Source: Pseudomonas sp. | GTDB lineage: Bacteria; Pseudomonadota; Gammaproteobacteria; Pseudomonadales; Pseudomonadaceae | Strand: one strand, 5' to 3' | NCBI RefSeq assembly: GCF_050282285.1 | Contig: NZ_JBLZZJ010000013.1 | Length of the DNA: 64,000 nt | Shown here: positions 34,197-43,100 of the stretch, in pieces | How positions within the stretch are numbered: the stretch's first letter is position 1 | Layout: each line of letters starts with the position of its first letter | The notes under the pieces: model-generated | Databases searched by the model: none | Told to the model about the DNA's origin: nothing | The model's input: the letters and a program-made list of their open reading frames with translations, nothing else | Position numbers and translations under genes: made by a program

Positions 34197-35747
34197 ATGC
34201 CAGCGTCCATCGAACGCATCGTGATCGCTTATGGCTCCGAATCCGGCAATGCACACGGGCTGGCGGAGCTTTTCGCCCGCCTGTCCTGGGTGCAGCCGTA
34301 CGTCGTGGTCGTGCAGGATCTCAACAGCCTGGCGCTCGACACCCTGAGCGCCAGGGACCGGCTGGTGATCGTCTCCAGCTCCTTTGGTGATGGCGAGCCA
34401 CCGGGCAACGCCGACCGCTTCCTCGACCAGATGGCGGCATGCGCCAACCTGGAGGGAGTGCCCTACGCCATCTTCGGCCTGGGCGACACCGCCTACCCGA
34501 CCTTCTGCGGCTTCACCAAGGCCGTGGACGCGGCCCTGCTGGAGAAAAAGGCCGTGCCCTTCATGAATCGGGTCGATGCCGACATCGATTTCGAAGGCTT
34601 CTTCGACACCTGGTGCGCGGCGTTTGAAGCCGTGCTCAACGGCGATGCCGAGGCCGGTCTGCGCCTGGACCTGCAAGTCACCGCCTACGGCGAAAACGCC
34701 GCCTGGCCGGCACGCATTCTCTCGCGCATCGAACTCAACGCCAGCGCGCCCTACGCCTACCAGTTGCGGCTCGACCTCAAGGGTAGCGGTATCAAGTACC
34801 GCGCCGGCGACAACCTCTACGTGTTGGCTGAGAACGAGCCGGCGCTGCTGGCGCGCATCGATGCCTGGTTCGGCCTGAGCGCCCCCAGCGACCTGCTGCG
34901 CCACAAGGAACTGCGGCAGATCGGCAAGTCGACCCTGCGTGACCTGGCCAAGGCCTCGCAGAACGACAGCCTCAAGGACCTGCTCAAGGTCAGCGCGCGC
35001 AAGGACCTCGACGGCTACCTCTACGGTAAGGACATCTTCGACGTGCTGACGGACTTCTGCGCGCCGGAGCAGTTCAGCCTGGAAACGCTGGCCGAGTGGC
35101 TGCCCGAGCGGCTGCCGCGGGCCTACTCCATCGCCTCCCACGACCATGCAGACTACGTGGACCTGTGCATCCGCGAGGTCGCCTATTCACTGGAAGGCCG
35201 CGACCGCACCGGCATGGCCACCGGCTACCTGACCCGCGACACCCAAGCGGTGCAGGTCTTCGTGCGCAGCAACCCGCGCTTCCACCTGGCCCGGGACGCG
35301 CAGCACCCGCTGCTGCTGATCGGCACCGGTACTGGCATCGCCCCGCTGATCGCCCTGCTCGAACAGCGCGAACGGGAAAACAGCACCGCCCGCACCTGCC
35401 TGGTGTTCGGCGACCGCCGCCGCGCCTCCGACTACCTGTACCGCCCGCGCCTGGCCGGCTGGCATGCCCGGGGTGTGCTGGAGCGGGTGCTCACCGCCTT
35501 CTCCCGTGACAGCGACCGGCGCTACTACGTGCAGGACGCACTCGTCGACAACGGCGCCTACATCTGGGAGCTGATCGAGCAGGGCGCCCACCTGTACCTG
35601 TGTGGCAACAAGGCCAACCTGGAAAGCGCCATCGAACAGGCCCTGGTTACCGTCGCCAGCCAGCACGGCAAGCTCGACGACGAGGCCGCCGAAGCCTTCG
35701 TCCAAGAGCTGGTAAGCGCCGGCCGTGTGCACAAGGAGCTGTACTGA
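34197..35747 (+). CDS. Diflavin reductase (flavodoxin + FAD/NADPH ferredoxin-reductase domains; CysJ-like)
   Basis: 516 aa. It has a flavodoxin-like N-terminus (IVIAYGSESGNAHGLAE...VSSSFGDGEPP). The FAD motif is RAYSIAS, the NADPH motifs are LLLIGTGTGIAPL and YLCGN, and YVQDAL is also present. Confidence 0.85.
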   Translation: MPASIERIVIAYGSESGNAHGLAELFARLSWVQPYVVVVQDLNSLALDTLSARDRLVIVSSSFGDGEPPGNADRFLDQMAACANLEGVPYAIFGLGDTAYPTFCGFTKAVDAALLEKKAVPFMNRVDADIDFEGFFDTWCAAFEAVLNGDAEAGLRLDLQVTAYGENAAWPARILSRIELNASAPYAYQLRLDLKGSGIKYRAGDNLYVLAENEPALLARIDAWFGLSAPSDLLRHKELRQIGKSTLRDLAKASQNDSLKDLLKVSARKDLDGYLYGKDIFDVLTDFCAPEQFSLETLAEWLPERLPRAYSIASHDHADYVDLCIREVAYSLEGRDRTGMATGYLTRDTQAVQVFVRSNPRFHLARDAQHPLLLIGTGTGIAPLIALLEQRERENSTARTCLVFGDRRRASDYLYRPRLAGWHARGVLERVLTAFSRDSDRRYYVQDALVDNGAYIWELIEQGAHLYLCGNKANLESAIEQALVTVASQHGKLDDEAAEAFVQELVSAGRVHKELY

Positions 35748-35777
35748 CACGCTCACGCTCCAGCCGCTTCTACATCC

Positions 35778-35804
35778 CCTGTAGGAGCGGCCTCGGCCGC
35801 GAGC
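35778..35804. repeat. Single REP element
   Basis: cctgtaggagcggcctcggccgcgagc. Confidence 0.8.
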
Positions 35805-36007
35805 TTCAAGGCCTCACGCCTTGAACCGCTCACCTCCGCTCTTCCCCGCCATTCCTCCCCGAAAAACCCTGTCGCACAAACGACAATCTGTCGCGTTTAG
35901 TGTGTAGTGGTCTACTGAATCCGCCCCGTCATTGCGGTAAGAATGGGTGCTGCGTTGGGAACAATAACGTGGCCCTTTGCCACTTCTCACCGAACAAGGA
36001 ACGTCTG

Positions 36008-37123
36008 ATGACCACATCCGTGCTGCAAGGCCTGTACTGGCATGACCTCGACGGCATCCGCGAGCGTCACGCCGCCGGCGCCGACCTGAATGGTCTCGAC
36101 GACAACGGCTGCACGCCGCTGACCGAAGCCATCAGCGGCGGCATGGGGTATCCACCGGTGGTCAAGCTGCTGCTGGAACTGGGCGCCGACCCGCACCTCG
36201 CCGACGGCAACGGCCTGACACCCTGGCTGGCCTGCCTCATGCGCCGCCAGGACCGCGTGGTGGAAACCGAATACCGCAAGATTCGCAAACTGCTCGAAGC
36301 CGCCAAGGCCGACCGCCGTGGTGACGAACTCTTCGAACTGGAAGACAAGGCCGCCGCCGGTGACCTGCGCGCCGTGCAGGCGCTGCTCGACAAGGGCTGC
36401 CCGGTGGAGGGAGCGCACGCCGCCCCCCTGGGCGTTGCGCTGTTCAACGGTCACGGCGACGTGGCGGAACTGCTGCTGCAGCGTGGCGCCTCGGTCGAAG
36501 GCAAAGGGGCCGACGAGCACGGCATGACCCTGCTCATGAGCGCCGCCAATTATGGGCTGCTGGACATGGTGCAATTGCTGGTGCGCCACGGCGCCGACGT
36601 GTGCCGCGCCTGGAGCGGCCCCGACAGCTGCCAGACCGCCGCCTGGTACGCGCGCGATGCCGGCCACAACGAGGTCGCCGACTGGCTGGCCGCCCAGCAC
36701 CCGGGCGCCGAACGCAGCCCCATTCCCAAGGCCGCGCTCAACGGCGGTGCCAAGGCCAAGTACCTCGACCTCTACCGCCACTACACCCAGGGCGCCAACC
36801 ACGGCCTGAACACCGAGGCCATCGTCAAAAAGCTGCAGCGCTGGGACAAGGACTACGGCATCCACGTGCTTGATGTCGCCACCGACCGCCTCACCGTGCA
36901 GTTCGACCGCCTGCCCGACGACCTCGGCAAACTGGCCAAGGACCTCGGCAAATTCTGCCCCGACACCCTCGACAGCTTCGCCGCCCTGGCCGAACAGAAA
37001 ACCCCGACCCCTGACCAGCAAGCGCTGCTGCAAGGCCTCGACCCTGCCGACAAGCACTTCGCCCACAAGGCCCTGCAACGCTGGCTGCAGACCCACCAGG
37101 CCGTTGCGTTGTGGTGGGATTGA
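36008..37123 (+). CDS. Ankyrin-repeat protein with an unrelated C-terminal domain ending in WWD (possibly DUF4253-like)
   Basis: 371 aa counted from the ATG at 36008. It carries several ANK repeats (GCTPLTEAISGG...VVKLLLELGADPHLADGNGLTPW; GMTLLMSAANYGLLDMVQLLVRHGADV). A C-terminal region of about 120 aa ends ...KFCPDTLDSF...AVALWWD. The domain name is from memory only. Confidence 0.7.
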   Translation: MTTSVLQGLYWHDLDGIRERHAAGADLNGLDDNGCTPLTEAISGGMGYPPVVKLLLELGADPHLADGNGLTPWLACLMRRQDRVVETEYRKIRKLLEAAKADRRGDELFELEDKAAAGDLRAVQALLDKGCPVEGAHAAPLGVALFNGHGDVAELLLQRGASVEGKGADEHGMTLLMSAANYGLLDMVQLLVRHGADVCRAWSGPDSCQTAAWYARDAGHNEVADWLAAQHPGAERSPIPKAALNGGAKAKYLDLYRHYTQGANHGLNTEAIVKKLQRWDKDYGIHVLDVATDRLTVQFDRLPDDLGKLAKDLGKFCPDTLDSFAALAEQKTPTPDQQALLQGLDPADKHFAHKALQRWLQTHQAVALWWD

Positions 37124-37167
37124 TCCACAGCTAGCCCCGCTGGCGCGGTTATCCACAGGCACAAAAA

Positions 37168-37190
37168 AGCCCGGCATATGCCGGGCTTTC
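37168..37190 (+). terminator. Rho-independent (bidirectional-looking) terminator
   Basis: aaaaaagcccggcatatgccgggctttc: a perfect 9-bp stem with an A-run upstream and a T-rich tail downstream. Confidence 0.75.
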
Positions 37191-37254
37191 TGCATCCGTA
37201 GTGTGGGTCGAGGCCCGGAGCTGAGTGCCGCCACTGACCGCGCGGCGCACCTAC

Positions 37255-37421
37255 CCTGTAGGAGCGGCTTCAGCCGCGAGCTCGGCGGCCTCATGGCAGC
37301 ATCGAGGTAGTGGTTCGACCGAAAAGCTCGCGGGCAAGCCCGCTCCTACAGGGTATGCGCGCCGCATGCGGAACTGGATGCCTGGCGCCGATCCTTGTAG
37401 GAGCGGCTTCAGCCGCGAGCT
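37255..37421. repeat. Three REP elements in alternating orientation
   Basis: The elements are cctgtaggagcggcttcagccgcgagct (37255), agctcgcgggcaagcccgctcctacagg (37325) and cttgtaggagcggcttcagccgcgagct (37394). Confidence 0.85.
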
Positions 37422-37467
37422 TGGCGATGTCATGGCGGACGCAGGGCGCCCACCTGACCCTGGGAAA

Positions 37468-37764
37468 TCAGCGCTGCTTGCACATCTCCAGCTCGGCCTG
37501 ACTGTTCAGCTCAGTGCGAATACCAAGGCGGTATTTGCAATAAGCGATCACCACCTGCCGCTCTTCATCGTTCAGTCGCTCGAGCGGTTTGTCGTCCTGG
37601 TCCGATGCATAAATATTCTCGAACCGCACCTGAAAGGTCGGGTGCTTTTTGATGAAAAACACCAGCCGGTTGTCTTCGGCAAAGTAGGTCTTGTAGAAGC
37701 CGACGCCCAGCCAGGCCAGTGACACGGCCAGCGCTACCAACAGCAGGGATATCCTGGTTTTCAT
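37468..37764 (-). CDS. Small exported/membrane-anchored hypothetical protein
   Basis: Track ORF 37468..37818 trimmed to MKTRISLLLVALAVSLAWLG..., giving 98 aa. The segment has lower G+C than its surroundings. I recognise no motif. Confidence 0.5.
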   Translation of the reverse strand: MKTRISLLLVALAVSLAWLGVGFYKTYFAEDNRLVFFIKKHPTFQVRFENIYASDQDDKPLERLNDEERQVVIAYCKYRLGIRTELNSQAELEMCKQR

Positions 37765-37910
37765 GATGTCGCCGACTCCTTGGCCTGCTGTATAGACGTT
37801 CTCACTGGGTTCATTCATCCCTGACCGCAGCCAATGTACCCCGTAGCCTGGGTCGAGCGAAGCGACACCCGGGACGATCTTTGCCCCGGCGCCGCTCGCT
37901 CACCGCGTAC

Positions 37911-38222
37911 TCAATGTCGCCGCGACGCCTCGCCAATCCCCTCGACACAGGCCCGCACCGTGGCCTTGGCCATTTCCACCAGGCAGGCGCAGGCATGGCC
38001 CATCTGTTCGCGGCGTTGCGCGTCGGTGTGGTTCAACTGAAGGGCCAGCTCCTCGGCCACATCCAGCAGGCTATAGGCACTGTCCAGCGCATCGGCCACC
38101 GGCACGCCGGGCTGCACGGCGAACAGTGGTTGCCGGGCGGCATTGCACGGATGGAACAGCGTGCTGACGGTTCTGGCCGCGTTGTGGTTGCCGGCTGGGG
38201 TGGGGCTGCATGAATCCTTCAT
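37911..38222 (-). CDS. Small hypothetical protein (resembles the Pseudomonas DUF3077-type family; from memory only)
   Basis: 103 aa with a strong AAGGAG 7 nt before the ATG. The core reads PLFAVQPGVPVADALDSAYSLLDVAEELALQL. Confidence 0.55.
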   Translation of the reverse strand: MKDSCSPTPAGNHNAARTVSTLFHPCNAARQPLFAVQPGVPVADALDSAYSLLDVAEELALQLNHTDAQRREQMGHACACLVEMAKATVRACVEGIGEASRRH

Positions 38223-38373
38223 GAGTACGGCTCCTTGATTTGAGAAGCCGCCACGTTCGTGACCAAACGAAATGGGTGGCGGCTGTACGCAGGTTGGTCA
38301 ACCGGGAATCAAGGAACCCGGCGCGCACGAATGCGCCCCACGCACAGCCACCATAAATCGGTTCAGCAGACAC

Positions 38374-38405
38374 AAAAAAGCGCCTACTCCGATGCGGTGG
38401 CGCTT
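38374..38405 (-). terminator. Hairpin plus T-run on the minus strand
   Basis: The minus strand reads aagcgcc-accgcatcggagta-ggcgctt followed by ttttt. Confidence 0.45.
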
Positions 38406-38602
38406 ATGCGCCTTGATGTTCTCAGGTGACCAAACCCGGCCGCTGAATTGGCAGCGACGGGCGAACTGTAGGCGTTCGGGAGCCGGAGGCGCAAGACGGA
38501 TCGCCGGAGTAGAAGGTCAGCGTTAATCGACACGGGTGGTAGGAGAAGGCTGCAAGGTGCTGCCAGCGCCGGTTCCCGATAGATCCGTCCTGCCCGAGAA
38601 CG

Positions 38603-38634
38603 AAAAAAGCCCCAGGCATTCACCTGGGGCTTTT
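38603..38634 (-). terminator. Strong bidirectional hairpin terminator, probably the ancestral tRNA-Arg terminator
   Basis: gccccagg-cattca-cctggggc has six A upstream and four T downstream. It begins 10 nt beyond the displaced tRNA 3'-end copy. Confidence 0.75.
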
Positions 38635-38638
38635 CATG

Positions 38639-38653
38639 TCTGGCGCCTCGGCG
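38639..38653. repeat. Left direct repeat (attL-like): displaced copy of the tRNA-Arg 3' end
   Basis: tctggcgc-ctcggcg matches tctggcgcactcggcg at 43140-43155 in 15 of 16 positions, with one base missing. Confidence 0.65.
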
Positions 38654-38784
38654 TGCTTAGAATATGAACTGTAACTATCTGTTTTATATGTTTTTTCTGG
38701 TTAGTTATCTTTGCTGGGATACAAGTAGGGATACATGCTGTGCTGAGGACGAGGGGGCAGCGAACCGTCCCCTCCAGCAAATCA

Positions 38785-41019
38785 CTAGGCCGTGGTGATA
38801 GGAATCCGGACTTGAGTTCGAGGTTCCAACGGCAGCAAGATTTCCGCATAGGCTTGCAGCACAAGTGAGTACAGATTCTTGACTCGTGGTGCTTTCAGCG
38901 TTACCAGAAGCGCATACGGCATTGGACGAGCCTCTTTGTCCGCACGGCCTTCATCACGATTGTGATAGTAGAGATCAAAACAAGGCTTGACTAAAGACGA
39001 GCCGCGTTTTGTCTTTGACGCCTTAAGACATGGTTCCCACTTATGTCCGTCCTGCCTCAATTGGAGCTCTGACTTGTTGTAAATTTTCCCTGTAGAGAAA
39101 AAAGTGTCCGTGTTTGAATAATCTTCGCTTTTATCCTCAGCAACTTTTGTGGTGTCGGGGCGGAAGACGACCTCTAGCCCTGCTCGGGTATAGGCGTGTG
39201 CGAATGCAGGATCTACTTCCGGCGCGATAGCAAGAGTTGCTTTTACCTGTACATTTCCGGTTAGTACTGAGTCAGGCAGCGGGATTGGGGCCCTGAGATA
39301 TTTGCTCAGAGGCAGGAGTCCCTCGTAAAGAATTGTCACTTCGTCATCTTCACAAGCCAAGAGAACCTCTGGGTCGGAAATAAATCGACCCCAGCCAACT
39401 TCTTGGCTCTTATGGTCACCACTGTCTGAGTGATGAATCAAAAGAGCACGAATCCCCAGCGGAGATATATCCTCGCCAATCAATGCCCGGGCGCCAACAC
39501 ATGTGCGAAGTGCAAAGGGAGTCGCGAAACTTGTGCCTTCTACTCCTGATATTCCATGCGCATAGCTTGAGACGACGCCGAATGGTTGTTGAGTTGTGCC
39601 GCCGAATGAAACGCCATCTGGTTTTGCTATGCCTGGGGTTCTACCTGGACCTACTGAGCTGTAGGAGGCTCGAGACCAAATTTTATCCAGGGAGTCGCAT
39701 GCCCCCACTGATAGAACGTTTACACCATCAGCAGGAGGCTGGATTCGATTTAGTTTAAGCTCGTGATCTAGCTCGCCTGTGTTTCCGACGGCAACGGCTG
39801 CTAATACGTCTTTTTTTGCGAATCGTAGATCGAGTTCAAAGGTCCAGCGATTTATTTCATCATCTTCTACTGACATGTCGGGGCCGAGGCTGAAATTTAC
39901 GAAGTGGTACGGCTTCTCGACTCCATCAAGGTGATTTAGTATTCGATCTAGTACGTCGTAAAATTCAAAGTCACCATCTAAACCTGTTGCGTCATCAATA
40001 ACCCGTATATGGTCAACCTTGGAGTAGGGCATTGGGATGTTGTCGGTGCTGCTGATATGCCCGAACAGTATTGCTGATGTCACTGCCTCCCCATGATGGA
40101 GTAAGTCAATAGTTGCGTTTCCTACTCCCTCACCTTCATAGCAATTAACCCATTTGAGCAAGGGCGATCCCTGAGGGATGCCGCCGTCAAAGATGGCTAC
40201 TCGGACTTCGCTATCTAAAACTAACTCATCTGGGAGGGCAGAACTTCCCGAGTACAGGGTTCTAATCGCGCCAGGCTTAAAGGTGCGAAGGGTTGGCATT
40301 CTGCGCACAGCCCTTACATACGTAAAGGTGCCTACCTGCTCAAGAGAAACATTCGTTCCACGAATCGGAATAAATGTAATTCCTGACGAAAATCTGACTT
40401 TTTTCTTTATTGGTTCGACATTAATATGATCTAGAAAGTTATAGAATGAATTGAGTACGTTGGGATTCGCGCCACTGTGCAGAACAACTTCGAAAAGACC
40501 GCTCGTATTATTTGACTCTGGACCTTTAACTTTTGATTCGCCAGTCGGAATCGTGAGATCTTCAATCGCTTGTAGCTGTAAATGAGCATCACTGTCAGGC
40601 TGCCAGCCGTTAATTTTTTCTGCGAGTCCTCTCAGAGCTTTCCTTGTCGTGGAAACGAACAATGTGTCTGTTACCGCACCCTCTGGATGTTTTTCTATTC
40701 CCCATTGTTCTGGTTTGACATATTTGGATGTGCCGCCGACAGTGATGAAACCTACTTCATTAAGAAGCTCTTTGGGGAAGTCTGTCTTTGAGATAAATCT
40801 TGGGTGAATAACAATGTTTGCAATTACCTTGTCCTCTGGCAGCGCAGTGCTTTCCAAGTTGTCCAGGTAGGTGCATGCGTTGCGCAGCTTTGTTGTAATC
40901 CGCTCCTTTGCTGATGAAAAAGAATAGGCGGGGTTCTTCTCACTTGGGCCATTTTTTTTAGTCACAACTCTGGTTAGAGCTTCGCCCTTCCCAAGGAGGA
41001 AGTTTTTTTTCTTTTCCAT
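38785..41019 (-). CDS. Large cytoplasmic subtilisin-family (S8) serine protease with unknown N-terminal (~270 aa) and C-terminal (~240 aa) regions
   Basis: 744 aa with no signal peptide (MEKKKNFLLGKGEALTRVVTKKNGP...). The S8 catalytic motifs occur in the correct order: AIFD278GG, HH309GEAVTS, VAVGN413TG and GTS497FATP. Codon usage is A/T-rich. Confidence 0.85.
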   Translation of the reverse strand: MEKKKNFLLGKGEALTRVVTKKNGPSEKNPAYSFSSAKERITTKLRNACTYLDNLESTALPEDKVIANIVIHPRFISKTDFPKELLNEVGFITVGGTSKYVKPEQWGIEKHPEGAVTDTLFVSTTRKALRGLAEKINGWQPDSDAHLQLQAIEDLTIPTGESKVKGPESNNTSGLFEVVLHSGANPNVLNSFYNFLDHINVEPIKKKVRFSSGITFIPIRGTNVSLEQVGTFTYVRAVRRMPTLRTFKPGAIRTLYSGSSALPDELVLDSEVRVAIFDGGIPQGSPLLKWVNCYEGEGVGNATIDLLHHGEAVTSAILFGHISSTDNIPMPYSKVDHIRVIDDATGLDGDFEFYDVLDRILNHLDGVEKPYHFVNFSLGPDMSVEDDEINRWTFELDLRFAKKDVLAAVAVGNTGELDHELKLNRIQPPADGVNVLSVGACDSLDKIWSRASYSSVGPGRTPGIAKPDGVSFGGTTQQPFGVVSSYAHGISGVEGTSFATPFALRTCVGARALIGEDISPLGIRALLIHHSDSGDHKSQEVGWGRFISDPEVLLACEDDEVTILYEGLLPLSKYLRAPIPLPDSVLTGNVQVKATLAIAPEVDPAFAHAYTRAGLEVVFRPDTTKVAEDKSEDYSNTDTFFSTGKIYNKSELQLRQDGHKWEPCLKASKTKRGSSLVKPCFDLYYHNRDEGRADKEARPMPYALLVTLKAPRVKNLYSLVLQAYAEILLPLEPRTQVRIPITTA

Positions 41020-41032
41020 CAGCTGGTTCCCT

Positions 41033-42124
41033 TTATTTGTTGCTGGCAGTTTTCTTTCTGATTGTGTCTCTGGCTACGCCCGTTATTTCCGAAGCTCTTC
41101 GTTGGGTTACGCCAGCTTTTATTAGGCTACAGGCAAGCTCCAGTTTTGCGGGGCTAGGCAGCAGCAGCGCTTCCCTTGAAATTCGGTCAGATAATATCTC
41201 TGTTATTGGGGTTGAATTAATTATTGATGCCCGAAATGCAGAAGTTAGCCATTTTTCAACATCTGCGAATGAGTTGTTTGAAAAAATGATAGAGATTGCT
41301 GTTGATAGTTCTTCGGCATTTTTTATGTTTAGTTTTGTAAGTTTCGGTAATACGAATTTTGAAATTTCTAGTTTGTCAGGAAATGGTATTTCTATGATTT
41401 TGTCAAAGCGTCGCCATACAGCTCTGTCAAGAATTTCTGGGTGATTGGTCGCTGCGATTAGCATGCCATCTACAGGCCATTCATCCAAAGACTGCAAAAG
41501 TACGTTGACTAGCCGTTTTAGCTCTCCAACGTCACCAGCGTCATCACGTTTTTTTGCAACAGCATCAAACTCGTCTAGAAATAGAACGGAGCCATCATTG
41601 CTATGCTCCTTGAGAACGTTTTTTAGGTTGTTCCCTGTTTGGCCTAAGTAGCTGCTCATCACTGCAGCTAAATCTAGAGTTACTAACGGTCTTCCGAGTT
41701 GTTGTGCCAGCCACCTTGCAGACATAGTTTTTCCTACGCCTGGAGGTCCTGTGAAAAGCAGCGAACGAGTAGGAGAAATGCCAGCGTTCATCAGCTCCCT
41801 TACACGCTTGCGTTCTTCAATAATTTCATAGAGATCATGTTCTATGCTCGAGCTCCAGACAGGCTCTCCAGCGCTCTCAAAAGAGCTAAAGACCATTGAC
41901 GGACTTGTCTCTTTGTTACCAAAGGTGGTGGGGGTTGCTTTTCTCAAGCCGTCAGCTGGATTGTCCTCTGTTTTTGATAGCAGTCCTTTCAACTGCGATG
42001 AAAGCTCAGGGTGTTCCCCTTGAAATTTACGCGTAGCTCGTCGGATCACCATAAGGGCATCCTGTTGACGGCCGGAAAGGGCTAGTCTTGCGAGCTGGAC
42101 GTAATCCGTGTAGATGTCATTCAT
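41033..42124 (-). CDS. Classic-clade AAA+ ATPase with a C-terminal helix-turn-helix-like tail
   Basis: 363 aa. It has Walker A GPPGVGK132T, Walker B VLFLDE185FD, sensor-1 IAATN227 and the second region of homology PEILDRAVWRRF. The C-terminus reads LIKAGVTQRRASEITGVARDTIRKK. It ends 13 nt before the protease ATG. Confidence 0.85.
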   Translation of the reverse strand: MNDIYTDYVQLARLALSGRQQDALMVIRRATRKFQGEHPELSSQLKGLLSKTEDNPADGLRKATPTTFGNKETSPSMVFSSFESAGEPVWSSSIEHDLYEIIEERKRVRELMNAGISPTRSLLFTGPPGVGKTMSARWLAQQLGRPLVTLDLAAVMSSYLGQTGNNLKNVLKEHSNDGSVLFLDEFDAVAKKRDDAGDVGELKRLVNVLLQSLDEWPVDGMLIAATNHPEILDRAVWRRFDKIIEIPFPDKLEISKFVLPKLTKLNIKNAEELSTAISIIFSNNSFADVEKWLTSAFRASIINSTPITEILSDRISREALLLPSPAKLELACSLIKAGVTQRRASEITGVARDTIRKKTASNK

Positions 42125-42177
42125 TTCGTCCGCCTGTAAGCCGCTTGAAATGGGGCTTTCGTGTTGAATTGGGCGAC

Positions 42178-42207
42178 ACTATAGATGCTTGATGATAATT
42201 CGTCCAA
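42178..42207 (-). promoter_or_regulatory. Candidate sigma-70 promoter of the ATPase-protease operon
   Basis: The minus strand reads TTGGAC-N18-TATAGT, about 50 nt upstream of the ATPase ATG. The palindrome gttctgcttaacagaac (42214-42230) lies just upstream. Confidence 0.35.
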
Positions 42208-42638
42208 TTCTGCTGTTCTGCTTAACAGAACCAAACCCGGCCGGCTAAACAAGCGGGGTTTAGCACCGCTAAGCACGGTTAAGCACTGCAAATCTGTTGC
42301 TACATGGGGTCGAAAGGTGGCGTTGCTCGTTTAGAAGAATTCTGGCTTCTCAGCGGCTCAGGCTGCAGGGTTTTGCAGGGATCGAATCTGCGAGTAAACC
42401 GACGATGGTGCCAACACTTATGCACATGCGAGGCGGGTGAGGGGGGGGCAGGGAAAACCATAGGTTTAGCGGGCAGGCGTGGAGGGGGGAAGACTGCGCG
42501 CGCCCGCAGCAGCTCGATGGCTGGTCAGGGGCGGTAGGGTTGATCGGTGTGAAGCGGGACGCCCATGCTTGAGGCCGAAGCAGGTGAAAAAAGAAAGCCG
42601 CACAGGGCGGCTTTCTGGGACATTGAGGCCGGGGGAGG

Positions 42639-43021
42639 TCAGACGGTCTTGAGCCCTTTTGTCGGGCCGTAGTTCTCACCCCTGCTACCGATCTCGTCAG
42701 GGATCTTGCCGCCATGGGGACTAGCTTTTTCAGGGCGACGCGGTTGCCTGCTACTACCTCCCCCGATACCGCTGCTGGCACAGCTACTAACACCGTCTGC
42801 GCCTTGCGGTTGGTCTTCATAACTTCGCCCAGCACCAGGCGAGCGAAGTTCACCAGCGCGGCTTGCGTGTAGCCGCCCGCGATCACTGGGCCCAGTGGCT
42901 CGGTGCTCCGCTCGATCTCGGTATTGATCATGCGTTGGTCAGTGCGTGGTGCCTGGGCCAGGGCTTTCCAACTGGCGTTGGCTTCGCTGGCCCCCTCTTC
43001 TAAGAGTTCCAGAGGATGCAC
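42639..43021 (-). pseudogene. Possible frameshifted small ORF of unknown family between the operon and the tRNA
   Basis: Track ORF 42350..43021 looks coding only for about 95 codons. A shift of one base near 42705-42715 gives ...GKIPDEIGSRGENYGPTKGLKTV* with a stop at 42639-42641. That stop lies 23 nt before a minus-strand hairpin and T-run at 42587-42615. Confidence 0.25.
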
Positions 43022-43067
43022 CCTAGGACACAGGGAGGAAGGTTAAGGGTAGGCAACGGTAGACAAC

Positions 43068-43100
43068 CATAAACAACAAAGCCCGCTCTAAGCGGGCTTT
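43068..43100 (-). terminator. Hairpin terminator following the live tRNA-Arg
   Basis: The minus strand reads aaagcccgc-ttaga-gcgggcttt followed by gttgttt, about 40 nt after the tRNA 3' end. Confidence 0.6.

Noticed and set aside
38440-38602. RsmY/RsmZ-like sRNA interpretation of the GGA-rich stretch.
   Set aside because: It has no resemblance to the Pseudomonas RsmY/RsmZ sequences I can recall. The GGA motifs are not obviously in hairpin loops, and the enrichment is modest. It is kept only as a low-interest finding.
42304-42537. 77-aa plus-strand ORF (MGSKGGVARLEEF...).
   Set aside because: The translation is G/R-rich and low-complexity, there is no RBS, and it lies in the promoter-distal spacer of the islet.
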